A stretch of 64,000 bases of DNA from Antedon mediterranea (Eukaryota; Animalia; Echinodermata): the NCBI RefSeq assembly GCF_964355755.1, contig NC_092670.1, positions 11,642,795 through 11,706,794 of the forward strand. Reading direction: 5' to 3'. The notes beneath the pieces were generated by a model. It was given only the letters and a program-made list of their open reading frames with translations, was not told where the DNA came from and searched no databases. Of this stretch, positions 1 through 13,893 are shown piece after piece; within the stretch, counting starts at the first letter, position 1; every line of letters starts with the position of its first letter. A program made the position numbers and the translations under genes.

Positions 1-182
1 ATTCAAAACATTAATTAATTGTATAAAATCGGTGTTGAATGGTGAAACTTTGTATTATTTGTAAGCCTAAAACTAGCATTTTCTATATTCGTGAATTTAA
101 AATCATTGTTACCAAACTAACCAATTGGATTGTATACTTATACACTTTGAAGTAACATACACTTAACATGTAATATACTTAC

Positions 183-3100
183 TCCATGACCGAGGAATTT
201 GATAATTGGAATAACATTTTCATTTGCTATACATTGCAGTATACGAGGCGCTCCATACAATCCTCCAAGGCAAGATGATAAACTGGATATGTACAAACCC
301 AGTAACCATAGAAACCCAACTAACGAAACCTGAGAAAAAATTGAAAAAAAAAACCCTTTTTGTTAAATCTTTTCTTTTTTCTTTTATTCATTGGTAACAA
401 AATGTTTGTTATAATTTTTACAATCTTGTTTTAACTTCGCCCACTTTAAAAATATATGTGCGCAATGAGACCTTTTAACCTTTCGTTTTCTGCTTTAAAT
501 GTTAATTTTACGGTAGATAAGTGACAAGGCGTTTGAAACTTGACACTTACTGAATAACAAGAAGCAAGTCATTACAAATCAATCAAATAATCGTTCAATT
601 TGTAAGCAAATACTCAACGCAACATCAAAATCTTTCTATCAACAACAAAATCTGTAAATGAGTTTGTTCTTCTTTGGTGCTTGGGGCAGTGTATACGTAT
701 AGTACTCAAAAAATCGGTTCAACTGTCTGAGTTTTTTAAAACTATGACAGTACATTTTATTATGGCTTTTATTTTCATACTCTTTGGAAAAAAAAAATTG
801 AATTGCGAGTGAATTGATTACATGGCTGTACACATTGAGATACTTTATAAAACCTGTTTTATAACCTTCTCTGAAATAGTCTTACAGTCATCGCTACATA
901 AAATAAAAATCTATTTTACAAATTATTCTCCCCCTTTTTCTTTACAAAGGTAGGTAAATTAATATTTAGGAGGTATGTGCTATAGAGTAGTTTAGCCAAT
1001 TGCTGTACATGATACTACACACTGTTTTTTGTCACTAGACATGATACTGTACCACTGTTTATTGTCACTAGACATGATACTGTACCACTGTTTATTGTCA
1101 CTATGATACTCCACACTGTTTGTCACTAGACATGATACTTTCACACTGTTTATTGTCTCTAAACATGATACTGCACACTGTTTATTGTCACTAGGCATGA
1201 TACTGTCCAAGAATTGGCTGACCATATTATTTACAAATATATAATACAAACATCTTACTTTTTCAGCAATCATATAATCATTTTGTAAGGCATATCTTGT
1301 ACAAGTTGCTCCTAACAGCAGAGAAAAGGCTAAATACATGACTGTTGTGACTGCTAGGGCGGATAATGTCCCGTGCGGAATATTTTTATGAGGATTCTTT
1401 AAGTCGCCACTCATGTTAATTCCAGCCATCACACCGGTGGCAGTCGGGAAGAACACACCGAACACAGTAAAGAAGTTTTCACCAGGCATATAGCTAGAAT
1501 CAGTATTATTTCTGAACGTCTTACTGCCGATGCCAAGGAAACCATTTGCTGAAACAGGAAAGAACATTTAAAAAAAATAATAATTTATCAGATCATTACT
1601 TACAGCTTTAAATTCTATTGTTATAAAATGAAAACCTTTGCAACCACATTATAATACTGTATTCCTCATTTCAGTAATCTTTTCGCCACTTTCTATCAGA
1701 GAATTGTATTATTTTTGTGTTGTTGTAGTACTCATCTGTGTTGGTGCAATTGTTCTGTGTATTTTTACTGTTTTATTTATATATATATGACATGCCAGTT
1801 TTTAAAACAAAATTCTTTTTAATGGACAAATATAAAGATACTATGACTATTAAGCCTAACACTGTAACAGCATCGTGAATACAGTAAACGCCCCTCCCCC
1901 CTTGTTTTTAAATGGTGTTTAAACCCGGGGCTACCCTTAAAGCAGTTGCTGTAAAAAACGAATAAACTCGCAAGAGTAAAAAGTACATACTGTACATACA
2001 ATGTAATTGTTGTTTAAAAATAATATCAGTAGTACTTCATTATCACAATAAACAGCTTATAAAAGGTACTGTAATAACATTAAGTATGCTGTACCAGTAA
2101 TATACTGATCGATATAACAGCTTCATTTAGCATACATACAAGGCTTTAGGCATGGCTCGATGGGATACATAATATGCTTCATAAACAAAGTCATATAAAA
2201 TAGATCTTTAAAATTTGTAACCAAATTTTATCTAAGAATTAGAATCATATTATTTACTGTACTATACTGTGAAGAAAGCTTTTCACTGAGAGCCCTGTTT
2301 TCCCAAATGAAAAAGAAAGCATTTAACTGAGCTATTCATTGGTAAATTGCAAATGAAGATTCGCTCATTATCTGTGCTGTTGGTGAAGAATGGATCTGTA
2401 ATTGCTTTATTACCGAAGGAAGTCAATTGAGATAATGAGAAGCGTATAACATGTTTAATGGGGTTTTGTGACGTACGATTTTTTTCAGTAAATATATCAC
2501 TGTAAACTAGTTTTACACATTTTATTGATCATCTGGTCGATACACAAAGATAGCTGAGATCGAAAAGACAATACAAGATTTAAAACTAAAGGGATCAATT
2601 TTTTTTTACCTATAGAATTTTATGATAAATAGTATATAGATAGTCTAAAAAAGAAGCATTAAACAGGTTTATAAAGAGTAAACAAAATATAGTCCAGTAA
2701 TTTTACATTTTATTGTACTGTAGGCCTACAAATGTTTAATTAAAGTATTTTATATTAAAGCATAAATTACTGAACATCAATCATGGTCTCACAAGGTGAG
2801 TACTTTTGAAAGTCTGTGTTAAGGAGAAAAAAATACACTCAACCCTAGAAATTGTATTTATTTAAAGAAAAAAAAATTAGAGTTTTTTATTTATTTATTT
2901 TTTAATTGAAACCCCCCCCCCCTCCCCTCCTAGAAAAATATATATATTTATATTTTTGGGCCTGCCAACATAACTTTTTTTTACAACTGTAAAAAAAATT
3001 GTTATATAATACACCAATAGATGAATGGAGGATATGACAATTGAAGAAAACAAGGAGTGGCCATAACAAAATACTGGTGAAGATTTATTTCCTATTCTAA

Positions 3101-6100
3101 AGGTCGTTGAATGACTTTTTATATAAGTATAAAAGTACGGTATCTTTCCTCTACACACTAAAAAGACATACGGTAGAACTAAATGTCCAATTACTCTAGG
3201 CGATGGCAAAAAAGGACAGGGATTAGTCGTATTTGTCAACATAAATTAACTATTGTTATGGCAATAAAATAATTAAGTGGTGGATTCAATCTACGGCATA
3301 TTGGAAGGTTGATGTAGGCATATTCGGGAGTCTCTGTGATTTAATAATTTTTTTGTGCAGGAGTTGTATTAATGTACATCTAGATAGTATGTTGGAGTGG
3401 CAATAGATGCTGTTGGCTTTGCCACTCCTTGGCACAAACACTATTGCTGCTTTTTGTTTGTACTTGTGTAGCAAAATTAATGAAATATAACAACAATGAT
3501 TTAGTGAACTTTAGAACAAACAGACTGATTAAAAAGCTTTTCGCTGAAATTATTTTATTTCCTACCTGCATCAGAATGTGTAAATGTCCCAACAACAAAA
3601 TCCAAGGTAGCAACACACAATATAGCTAACAGAATAAGCTGCATTTTAATGACCCATTTCACCCCAGCGATGTTTACAGCAAGTAGAAGCAGGATCGTTC
3701 CAATACCCACGCCCCTCACAGCCCATGTGTTGTCCCAGTTGAGCGTTTCCGACACGGATTCACCAAAACCGGTGCAATACAACGCACAGGCAACCGTCTG
3801 TTTTGGAAAGGAATTTCAAAATAATCAATTGTTAAAAGATGCAAGTAATTTGACCATCAGGAAAAGACGGATCATCCGTACTATTCCTTGTGATTGTTCA
3901 AACAACTTGTTTGAATTGTTTTAAAAAAGTAAATTTTGACAGGAAATGCTTCACATTTACAATGGAGAATATGTATGTTACGCATAAGTTTAGAAACCTA
4001 GCAAGATTTGTGATTTATTACCTGGCCAAATGCATACATAATTCCTAAAGTTCCGCCCATTCTACTTCCTAACACGTGTGATAATAGAAAATAAACACCA
4101 CCACTTTGAATTTTACATCTTTCACAAATGCCGATTGCTGACAATGCTGCCACCAACGCTACGATTACAGTGATGAAGATAATTAACACTGACAATCCTA
4201 TACCTGCATTGCCCTGGAAAAAATCATGAAAAACATATTATACAATGCAATGGTAGTATGTTAACGGTGGCTATTGAGTCTAAACGTCATTCTATTGCAT
4301 ATTGTCAGGGTTTTAAATCCAGTTCTTTTTTCTTTTCTCATTCAGTTCTGTTTTCATTAACGTACAGTATGGCCTTGCACAGCTTTGATGGAAAACACCC
4401 TTGGGTTTTCCATAAGAAAATTAAGTATTATTATTGTAATATTATTCTTAATCTTTATGATCATTGCTTTTGAACAAAATTCAATGATTTATTAAATGTT
4501 AAATTATTCAAGGTGTCTCTAAATAGAGGTTTTAAAAAGTACATTGCCCCTCGTTCAATGAGAAAATTGTCCCTGAATAGGGGTGTCCTAAAGGAAATGT
4601 ACTACTGTAATTAACATGTACAGATTTTAATTTTAAACAAATCTTTATAAACAAAATAGCACTCGGTGATCTGTGTCATTAATAGCAATCCACAATAGTG
4701 TAATTACAAAATGACACGCGTGGAATAATAATAACAAGCTCTGATTGGCTTTGTCACGCATGACTGCACAAGCTTACATTAGTCATTCTCATTTCAATCA
4801 ATCTACCAAGTTTGCAATGCGACAAAATCCATTGCTTTTAGCTTTCCGTGTCTCAGATTGAGCCATGTTATTTTTTCTCTTGCGTTTTTCAGCATGTTAA
4901 ATCTGGCATTAAGCAGCTTTACAATGTGCGTTGATCAGGCATTATTACTTCGCCTGATTTCATTCCAATTTGTTTACGACATTTACACATCAAACATACA
5001 TTAACCCACAATCATGCGTTATCACTGACAACACCAATACCGATATATATTATTTTGTGTTGGTGTATATTTGTTTACTGTAGTGTGATAGATAATTTAA
5101 TGTAAACAATTTCAAAATCTTACAGTATAGTGTCTTGTTATTTTCTTCACAGAATGAGATCAATCAAATTTATGTTTATGAACAAATTCAACAGTATCTT
5201 TATGATGTCATTACTTCCACTGATACTGTATTTGAATAAAATTTCAATGAACATTTTTATGTGTTTAAAGCTCTGTCTCCATTATCAAACTTGTTGGACA
5301 AAAAAAGTGTGATGTGCCCAAATATGGTAGTGATATACCCCAATATGGTAGTGGTATGACATCATCATGTCCATATACAGTATCACATTTTTTTGTCAAC
5401 ATAAAGTTTGATAGTGTAGACATAGCTTAAGATTTTAAATATTTCTTACCACCATCCATCCAGTTCGTAAGAAGATCACCACACCAAATATATTGATCAT
5501 ACATGATGTAAATACCCCATCCCATGTACCAAACAGCACCGGTTCCTTTATAAAGAAGTTAGCTTTCCACCACGGTTTATGCCCTGTGCCACTCTATAAT
5601 AAAAGCAGGACACAAAACACAATTAATCATTTAATAATTGAGATAATTAAACCTTTAATGAATATGATTCGTTACATGACTGTGAACTGTAGAATTGTTG
5701 ACGGGATTATTTAAATCAACATAAAAAAACAATAAATTAACAGCACAAGATTAAATGAATGACCAGGGGTACATGACACCAACCAAAATAATAGGGAAGG
5801 CCATCTTGGTACGCATGATTTAAGAAAGCCTGTAGCTTAGGCCTAGCAGAGACCAAAACCAAAATAGCTGGACATAAAAAAAACGAATGAATGACACTGA
5901 CAGTGTATTGGAATTACAACAAAAAATGTATTCAAAATAATATTCAGTACTGTAAAACCAAATAAAATAGAAACTTATAATATTAATAATTATGATTTAA
6001 AAAGCAAACCAAAAGTACAGTATACCACATTTAGAGCTTCCCTTCTGTTAATGTTACAATACATAAAAATATTAGCAGTTTTAGAAATTGACAATATAGT

Positions 6101-9100
6101 TTTTTACTGTTTAAGCTTGGTTCCCACTAAGGACGCAACGCAAGGACATAACGCAACGCAAAGTGATTTCAATTGACCAATCTCAAGCGATTGATTATTT
6201 GAACAGTTGCGTGTGATTGGTTCAACTCGCTACGTCCTAGTGGGAACAGAGATATAAAATCAGATTAATTTTAGAACAATATAATCAATTCTGAACTACT
6301 GTACAATGTTGATGGCCATTGACCTTTGCACAGGCCCGGCAAATAATATTACATTGGATGGTGACGCAAAAATGATATAATGATTATGATATAAATACTC
6401 GGGGTAGAATGTTTCAGTTAAAAAATGTCTACTGTAAAGTAGATTGTAACGTAAATTATCTTATAAAAATGATATTACAGTATCACTGATCAGACTTCAG
6501 AAACAAAAACTATATTGTTTACTGATTAATAAAATCCAAGTATAATCCCACTCCTCGTTAAATATTGTACCCAGACCTCAGGCACTTTACTCGTTCATAC
6601 AGTTAATAATTAAAATGTAAAAATGATTTTACTTCAGTTACTGCAGTAACTGTATATTTCGTTAATTCTTTAAATACTGTTTTTTTTTTGGGGGGGGGGG
6701 GGGCAATCATTCATACACATTGTTTATTTCAGAGACTGTCACTGTGTCAGTAACTGCAATAGAATAATTTTGACATAATAATATCTAAATTATATTTATT
6801 ATTGAATGGTCATGACCTTATCTAAATATTTTGTTGTACAGCAGCATCATGCCATACACCCACACTTTATGTACTATGTAAATTTATCATTTTTCTAATT
6901 CATAAAAGGAATTTTCATTATCATAAACACACTACTTCAAAGGTCAAAGGTTGGCATAGTTTTATTCAAGGTAGAAAATTTGTAATGTAAAATAAATGAG
7001 AAATGATCAGAAATAGATATTATTATTATAATTCCAAAAAGTAGTATTAGTTATTACATTAAAAAATACAGTGCAAGAAACTATATTAAACAACAATAAT
7101 ATAATAATAATGTAATTCGCAGGAAAAATTTCAGACTTTGCTGCTTTTATCATTACTGTCTATAATATAACACCAATACTATAGTATTAATTGTATTGTA
7201 CAGTAAAGTGTGCATCAAATAATTTAAATAGACAACATTTTTTCTCCGCTATATAGCTACAGTAACCCAACTTTTGAAGCAATATTATGCTGTGTTTATT
7301 TATCTGCTAATAGTGTTCAATGGGGACAATTTACTGAATTGTGTTCACAGGTAAATCGTCAAGTAGGCCTATTGAAAATGATAATAACTATTAACATCAG
7401 AGATTGAGTGGGCTGGTAGCAAAATGCAGATAATAAGATCACAATTTGATACTAGTCCAGTTTGCAGTTTTAGGAAATTTATTCACTTCTGTAGAAAAAA
7501 AACCCAAATATTAAAAAATAATGATTTTATTTTCATGAAAATAAACAGTTACATTTGAATACCAAAACCACTGTTTTATGACAATTTGACTATTTTTCAT
7601 TTCGATTTGTTTTTCCAGGTAAATATAATTTTTCTTTTTTAACCAAATGTTTGGTCAAAATGAATGACTATTAATTTGACATGGCATATTCAACAACAAA
7701 TATTTTTTTAAATGGGGACAATTTACTGAATTGTGTTCACAGGTAAATCGTCAAGTAGGCCTATTGAAAATGATAATAACTATTAACATCAGAGATTGAG
7801 TGGGCTGGTAGCAAAATGCAGAATTTGTTTAAATACTTTATGTGTGGGATGATGTTGCGATGATGTTGCGATGAAATGTTATGATAAAATTCATGTTTCA
7901 TCAGGGCTGAAGTTAGAGGCTGTCAAACAAAGCAACAACTAATCTTCAGTCATGTATCATGCATTTTATTATTTTTATTTATTTTATTAATAATTTATTA
8001 TCTTATTTTTAGCTTCTATTCAGGAAAGATTCAGGGAGGGGGAGGGGAAAGGGCTTAGTTTTACAATGAAAATACTGTACAGCTCTCTCAACGAAACATT
8101 ACCAGTAAAAAATACACAAAATTCATTGTCCCTTGATTTGTTCCTACTGCTTTTGATATGATGTGGAAGATTGCTTTTTATTTTATTAATCATTTAAAAT
8201 GTATTATTATCTACTGTACATCTTCTTTTTTTTTAGGGCTTGCTGTCTTGCATTTCTATATTTGGCATCTTTCTTGACCTTTGCCTTCGTAAAAAATATT
8301 TTAATATTGAGAAGCGCTTCACATTATTGCTGTACCGCAACTATTTTTGCTTACGGTGCTTATGGTGACACAGCTCTGTTGGCTCTGTTAATGTGTTCTG
8401 TGTTTTTGTCTTTTCTTGTGGATGATATTGGTGCAATAATCATTTATACCAGGATTGAATTGGTAAATATTAGAGAAAATGTGTCAAATCGGCCGATCAA
8501 CTTGCCCGAGTCTCTACTTTACAACGATTTTTTCAAGCCCGACGACGTAGGCCTACCAAATCCGGTATTGAAAACCCCGCGAAGAAGAGGTAGGCGTGGC
8601 GGTGTTTTAGCGAGGCTTAGGCGAGATTCGTGGAAATCACCGTTACCAAGTATCTTTTTAGGTAACGTGAGATCTCTAAAAAACAAATTTGACGAACTTA
8701 CCTGCTGCTTAAACACAAAACGCGAATTTTGTAACTCTTGTATTTTCGCATTTACGGAAACCTGGCTTGATCAAAATGTACCCGATCAGTACGTCACACC
8801 ACAGAATTTTGGGATGTACAGACAGGATCGTGACTCGGAAGCTGTAGGGAAATCCCGCGGGGGCGGAGTATGTCTACTTGTTAATCAAAATTGGTGTAAG
8901 GATGTAAAGAATCTGTCAGCCATATGCACATCGCAGCTGGAGGCGCTTACGATTCGCTGTCGTCCTTTCTACTTACCACGAGAGTTGACGTCGCTAATCA
9001 TAACAGTAGTCTACATACCTCCTGATGCAAATGCAGAATCCGCGGCTACCCAACTATCTACTATAGTAACTGACAACGAATTAAAACATCCAAATGCAAC

Positions 9101-12100
9101 TTCCATAATATTAGGTGATTTCAACCACGTAAATTTGAAGAAAACGCTCCCCAAATTGTTTCAACATGTTACGGTTGCGACCCGGAACAATAACATCTTG
9201 GATCATTGTTATACAACAATTAAAGATGCTTACAGGTCACTGAAGCGACCTCCACTTGGCGAGTCCGACCACAACCTAATTTACATGATACCACGATACA
9301 GATGTCAGTTCAAGCGCGAGGCTGTCAAATCACGCATGATTAGCAAATGGACACCGGATAATATTATGAAACTACAAGGCTGCTTTGATTGTACAGACTG
9401 GAATGCTTTTAAGGACAGTTCGGACATTAACTTATGTACTGAATCCGTTATTTCATATATTAAATTCTGCCAGGACATATGTATTGATAAAGACGTAGTT
9501 AAGATATATCCAAATCAAAACCCATGGTTTAATAAGTCTATTAAGGATCTGATACGAAATAGAGACAGGGCTTTCAGATCAAATGATAAGGATCTATTTA
9601 GGAAATCAAAATACGAGTTAAGAAAGGGAATAAATAAAGCCAAGAGAGAATATAAAAATAGGTTAGAGGAAGATATATCTTCCGGCGATTCCAGAGAGTT
9701 ATGGAAAAGCTTAAATAAAATAACTAACTACAAACCAAAATCTGATAAAATTAACTCAAATGATGACCTACCCCAACGACTGAATGATTTCTTCAGTCGT
9801 TTTGACACTCCCCCTCTCCATGAAGACAATAATTATGAAAATGGTAATGATGTACCGTTAGTTGTTCTTGAAGAGAATACTTGTATTGAGTTTAGTAGAT
9901 GTAAGTCAAATAAGTCAGCTGGTCCAGACGGTATATCCCCTATGCTTGTTAAACATTGTTGCAAACAGATTGCCCATATTTTTACATACATTTTCAATTT
10001 CTCTCTTATATCTCAAATTATTCCGCGATGTTTTAAAGATTCTATAATAGTTCCAATTCCGAAACGTTCCCCAATCGAAACCCTGAATGATTATCGACCT
10101 ATAACATTAACATCGGTTCTGATGAAATGCTTTGAACATATAGTCCTTAATTACCTAAAGGCCAAGTGTCCTCGAGATCTTGACCAATATCAGTTCGCCT
10201 ATAGATCAAACCGGTCTACCGAAGATGCTGTATCGATCACTTTGCATAGGATCTTAGAGCATCTCGAATGTGATAAAAGATATGCTAGGATTTTATATAT
10301 AGATTTTAGTTCAGCATTTAATACGATTGTACCGTATAAGTTACACACTAAGATGGTTGAAATCGGTTTCGATATTTCTATATGTAACTGGGTGTTAAAC
10401 TTTTTAACTGATCGACCCCAACGTACTAAAGTGGGTACCACTATATCAGATAAGCGTATTATAAATACAGGTGTACCACAGGGCTGTGTACTGTCGCCCT
10501 TTCTTTTTACTTTATTTACTTATGACTGTGTTACCTACTACAGTAACTGTCACATCGCTAAATTTGCGGATGATACTACCATTGTAGGTCTAATCAATGA
10601 TGACAGTGATGAGTCTAATTATCGCAACCAAGTTAAACGAGTTGTAGACTGGTGTAACGAAAACAATCTGTTCTTGAATGTATCTAAGACTAAAGAAATG
10701 GTTGTTGATTTCCGTAAATCACTTAATGTCAAATATCCAATATTTATTAATGGTATATCAGTTGAGTTTGTAGAAGAATTTAAATTCTTGGGTATTTATA
10801 TTTCAAATGATCTGAAGTGGCATATTAACACACGTAACATTATTAGAAAGGCCCAAAGAAGAATCTACTTCCTACGTAGACTTAAATCATTTGGTATAAA
10901 CTCTGAAATAATGTCGTCCTTCTATAGGTCAGTTATAGAGAGTGTAATAACGTATTCTTTAACGGTATGGTTCGGTAGCGCTACCGAAAATGAAAAGCGT
11001 GACCTAAATAGAATAGTCAAGACCGCATCGCGTATAATTGGATCTACACAACTGCCTTTGGAGAACATATTTTCGGATCGTCTTCTGAAAAAGGCAGTGG
11101 CTATCAAAGATGATCATTTTCATCCGGCCTCTAGTATGTTCCAGTTGATGTGCAGCGGTCGGCGATTTCGTTCTATTAAGGCCAATAAGGCACGATTTAC
11201 AAATAGTTTCTTTCCAGGATCTATTAGAGCCTTAAATATGATGTAGACTTTTTTTTGTAATGTTCTTGTTTTTTGAGTTCGTGTTGTGTCCGTTGGATAT
11301 TGTGCTCCGCCAACAGAGCAAACAGAATTTCTATGTTTTTCCTAAAACGAATGATAATAAATGATACTTGACTTGACTTGACTTGACTTGACTTACAACC
11401 ATGGAGACGTTCTGATATAATTTTTTGATGCAAGACCTTGTGTTAATTTCGAAGGCTACATTCAACAGCAGATGTTGTTCAGCGAATTAACATGATCAAA
11501 TACAGAATTGATAGATTACTAGAACTGAAAGATTATTTTTAACATCCGCTGACGTTAAACTTACAGATTGCTAATATTTATAATTAATTAAACCTAATCA
11601 AATAATATCATCAATCATTCATAATAAATTTATCAAAAATAAGCAATACTGTAATACTGTAATAAGTAATTGTCTAAACTGACATTCTATTTATTATTCG
11701 TATTGTACTTTAATAAAACTATAATTATATTAATGTAAACTGTTGAAATAAATAATTAAATATAATCATAAAAAAGGCTAACTTTTAATAGTATATTTTT
11801 AAATAATGATTTTATTCGTTTACAAACAAAAGAATGTAAAAATAGACACAGATTCATTTTAACCTAGTACCTAATTATTTTCAATTTTATCGATATTTTC
11901 AATACAGAAAAACTAATCAAATTCAAAAAGAATCCATAAAAATATTTTAAGTTTGAAAAATAAATTTCTGTGTAAAATGATTTGATCTAAAATAAAATGG
12001 GACTAAGGCAAAAGTTTCCATTACATACTGTACAGAAAAAAAAATTAAAGGTAATGTTGAATGTCTCAGCATTAACACATATTTCACTGATACTAGCAAA

Positions 12101-13893
12101 AAAAATAAATTTAAACGAATAAATCAAATTTACATGTCATTGCATAAAAGACGAGATTAAAAAAAAGGTAAATATTAAATTACTAAACCCCTTTTTTCAG
12201 GTAAACTACTGTATATACCACTGTCACTAAAAAAATATTATTTTTTTTAATAAAACATTTTTTATGGGGGACATACTGCACTGCTAAATACTGTATATTC
12301 GACTTATACTTCTCTATTATCATTGTCAGATTAAAACATTATACCCTACCTTAAATATTGTCCCTAAGATGTTTATTTATAATAAACTAAATATTTAAAT
12401 ACTAAATTTATTTATTTCTACATTTACAACACAGAATAATTGTCACCAAATTGTTTTAAAGTAAACATATTATACACTGCACTGTATTTGAAAAATTTCA
12501 ATTTTATCTGGAACAAAATTACAGTACCTGTTTGTAGTACAAGTTAATAATACACTTTACAAATAAAAATAAAACACATTTTTTATTGAAAAAAAAATAT
12601 AACAAACATTTCAAATCAGTTGATTGAAGGAAATAAATATTATTTAAAAATCTGCACATCCACAACATTTTAAGTTTCTATGTGCATATAGTTTGTTTTT
12701 TAAAATATGTTGTCAATTAGCATAAAACTAAAATTTTGAAGAAAATGTAATATGGCACAGTGATGCTAGAATTATGAACTGTAGGAATGAGAAAAACAGC
12801 ACTTGGATTCTAGATTCCAAAGGTCGGTGGCACGAAACGTGTCTGTCGATGGTAATGCGTCATTTACGGCATCTTAGCAATGATGCTCATTTGTAAAAAC
12901 GACAACCGTTAGTCAGATTGCGAGTGTCTAAAACCTCAAGCGTGTTTTCAGCAACTATGTGCGCATAACAAATGAGTTGTGAAGGGCAATTTATGCATGT
13001 TTCTTGCAGTATAGTTGCAAGCTGACAATTAATAGAGTTGTAAATATTATACTGTAGATTGGGCCTAGTTTTTAAAATGAAATGAAAGAATAGTTAAAAA
13101 AGTAATTCATGTTATTTTGCAATTGTTCGATTTCTCTAAGATTAAGTTATTTTTCTTCTTTCCCTCTAGTCTAATTTACTCTTTCTTAAAATATTACTTT
13201 ACTTTACTGAAAATAATAAAGTTATAAGACTATGCTTATCTTTTGTACATGAAGTACTGTACTGTGTATGTAATTTAAGCATGTAAAGTATGTTTGTATA
13301 CTTAAATTAAATTTAAGTAAATACATTTTTAAAGCATGAATATTCATCGTCCAGTAATAATATAATATCCTTATTTCAAATTAAACATATATTTGTTAAC
13401 TTTCTATCAAGCATAAATTTGTAAAACCCCAGTACAATGAGTTCTTTGTTGTAATTTTTATTATAGTATTTTTACTTACATTAGTTAGAATTTAAGAAAA
13501 AAAATTAATTCTTAAATTCCGCTGTTCCTAACTATGGAATTTTAATTAATAATTTAATGTATGTGTGGCTGCAATATGTCTATTGTTGGTGAACAACATA
13601 GCTTGACACACACACACCTGTAAACTGTACTACTGTATACTACTGTATTTACTAACTCTGTAGCTTAGAAAACATGTATACATACATACCTGATGCTCAT
13701 CGAATATCTCCTGTATCTTTTCACCATGTTGACCTGGCGTCTGCTGGTAGCCCTCGGGATTGGCATTACTTGCAGCCCCTTTGTAATCCTCAGCAAGACC
13801 GAACCGGCCCCATTCAATGTTCTTAGGTGATTCTCTTTTCGATGATGTCATTAATTTGGCAGACTCACCTTCTTGGCCTATATTTTCAGCCAT
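183..13893 (-). CDS. SLC12A8: Solute carrier family 12 member 8 (CCC9-type cation-chloride cotransporter family), 5' part; gene continues off the left edge
   Basis: Six GT-AG coding exons join in frame (403 codons): 13893-13690, 5593-5450, 4213-4022, 3797-3566, 1548-1259, 329-183. Translation includes [93 protein letters not shown] and [25 protein letters not shown], which match SLC12A8 as I recall it. A probable non-coding first exon ends at 14926 (GTAAG donor) and splices to the acceptor at 13956. Confidence 0.93.
1008..1206. repeat. ~33-bp minisatellite, ~6 copies, in an SLC12A8 intron
   Basis: Unit CATGATACTGTACCACTGTTTATTGTCACTAGA repeated with substitutions; it explains the [11 protein letters not shown] repeats in the 992..1567 ORF. 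Confidence 0.85.
5269..5427. mobile_element. MITE family A (PIF/Harbinger-like non-autonomous element)
   Basis: TIR AGCTCTGTCT(A/C)CA(C/T)TATCAAACT...AGTTTGATAGTGTAGACA(G/T)AGCT, flanked by TAA on both sides; internal GCCCAAATATGGTAGTGATAT unit. A 3-bp TWA target is typical of Harbinger. Confidence 0.75.
6114..6250. mobile_element. MITE family B (Harbinger-like), degenerate copy
   Basis: AGCTTGGTTCCCACTA...TAGTGGGAAC ends and CGCAACGCAAG core; same family as 35726-36062, 48697-48842, ~29813-29890 and ~55780-55912. Confidence 0.6.
7319..7822. repeat. Exact 112-bp direct repeat (7319-7430 and 7711-7822) separated by 280 bp
   Basis: AATGGGGACAATTTACTG...GGTAGCAAAATGCAGA occurs twice, identical by eye. 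Confidence 0.9.
8199..11246 (+). CDS. Non-LTR retrotransposon ORF: apurinic-like endonuclease + reverse transcriptase (Rex1/Babar-type)
   Basis: 1015-codon uninterrupted ORF. EN motifs GNVRSL, FTETWL, YIPP, GDFN, LDHCY, SDH; RT motifs [58 protein letters not shown] and CRPFYLPRE are Rex/Babar-style segments. The true start may be downstream of 8199 (e.g. 8391). Confidence 0.9.
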   Translation: MYYYLLYIFFFFRACCLAFLYLASFLTFAFVKNILILRSASHYCCTATIFAYGAYGDTALLALLMCSVFLSFLVDDIGAIIIYTRIELVNIRENVSNRPINLPESLLYNDFFKPDDVGLPNPVLKTPRRRGRRGGVLARLRRDSWKSPLPSIFLGNVRSLKNKFDELTCCLNTKREFCNSCIFAFTETWLDQNVPDQYVTPQNFGMYRQDRDSEAVGKSRGGGVCLLVNQNWCKDVKNLSAICTSQLEALTIRCRPFYLPRELTSLIITVVYIPPDANAESAATQLSTIVTDNELKHPNATSIILGDFNHVNLKKTLPKLFQHVTVATRNNNILDHCYTTIKDAYRSLKRPPLGESDHNLIYMIPRYRCQFKREAVKSRMISKWTPDNIMKLQGCFDCTDWNAFKDSSDINLCTESVISYIKFCQDICIDKDVVKIYPNQNPWFNKSIKDLIRNRDRAFRSNDKDLFRKSKYELRKGINKAKREYKNRLEEDISSGDSRELWKSLNKITNYKPKSDKINSNDDLPQRLNDFFSRFDTPPLHEDNNYENGNDVPLVVLEENTCIEFSRCKSNKSAGPDGISPMLVKHCCKQIAHIFTYIFNFSLISQIIPRCFKDSIIVPIPKRSPIETLNDYRPITLTSVLMKCFEHIVLNYLKAKCPRDLDQYQFAYRSNRSTEDAVSITLHRILEHLECDKRYARILYIDFSSAFNTIVPYKLHTKMVEIGFDISICNWVLNFLTDRPQRTKVGTTISDKRIINTGVPQGCVLSPFLFTLFTYDCVTYYSNCHIAKFADDTTIVGLINDDSDESNYRNQVKRVVDWCNENNLFLNVSKTKEMVVDFRKSLNVKYPIFINGISVEFVEEFKFLGIYISNDLKWHINTRNIIRKAQRRIYFLRRLKSFGINSEIMSSFYRSVIESVITYSLTVWFGSATENEKRDLNRIVKTASRIIGSTQLPLENIFSDRLLKKAVAIKDDHFHPASSMFQLMCSGRRFRSIKANKARFTNSFFPGSIRALNMM
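8237..11394 (+). mobile_element. Near full-length Rex1/Babar LINE inserted antisense in an SLC12A8 intron
   Basis: ORF above, a short 3' UTR, AATAAA at 11356-11361 and an (ACTTG)5 microsatellite tail at 11366-11394. The 5' boundary is approximate and no TSD was found. Confidence 0.85.

Noticed and set aside
992-1258. C-terminal extension of the 191-aa ORF
   Set aside because: Read-through past the GTAAG donor at 1258 into a 33-bp minisatellite; the SLC12A8 frame resumes at 329.
1819-5312. Numerous 60-115 aa ORFs in introns or antisense to exons (also elsewhere in the window)
   Set aside because: Low-complexity AT-rich translations without splice support or recognisable motifs.
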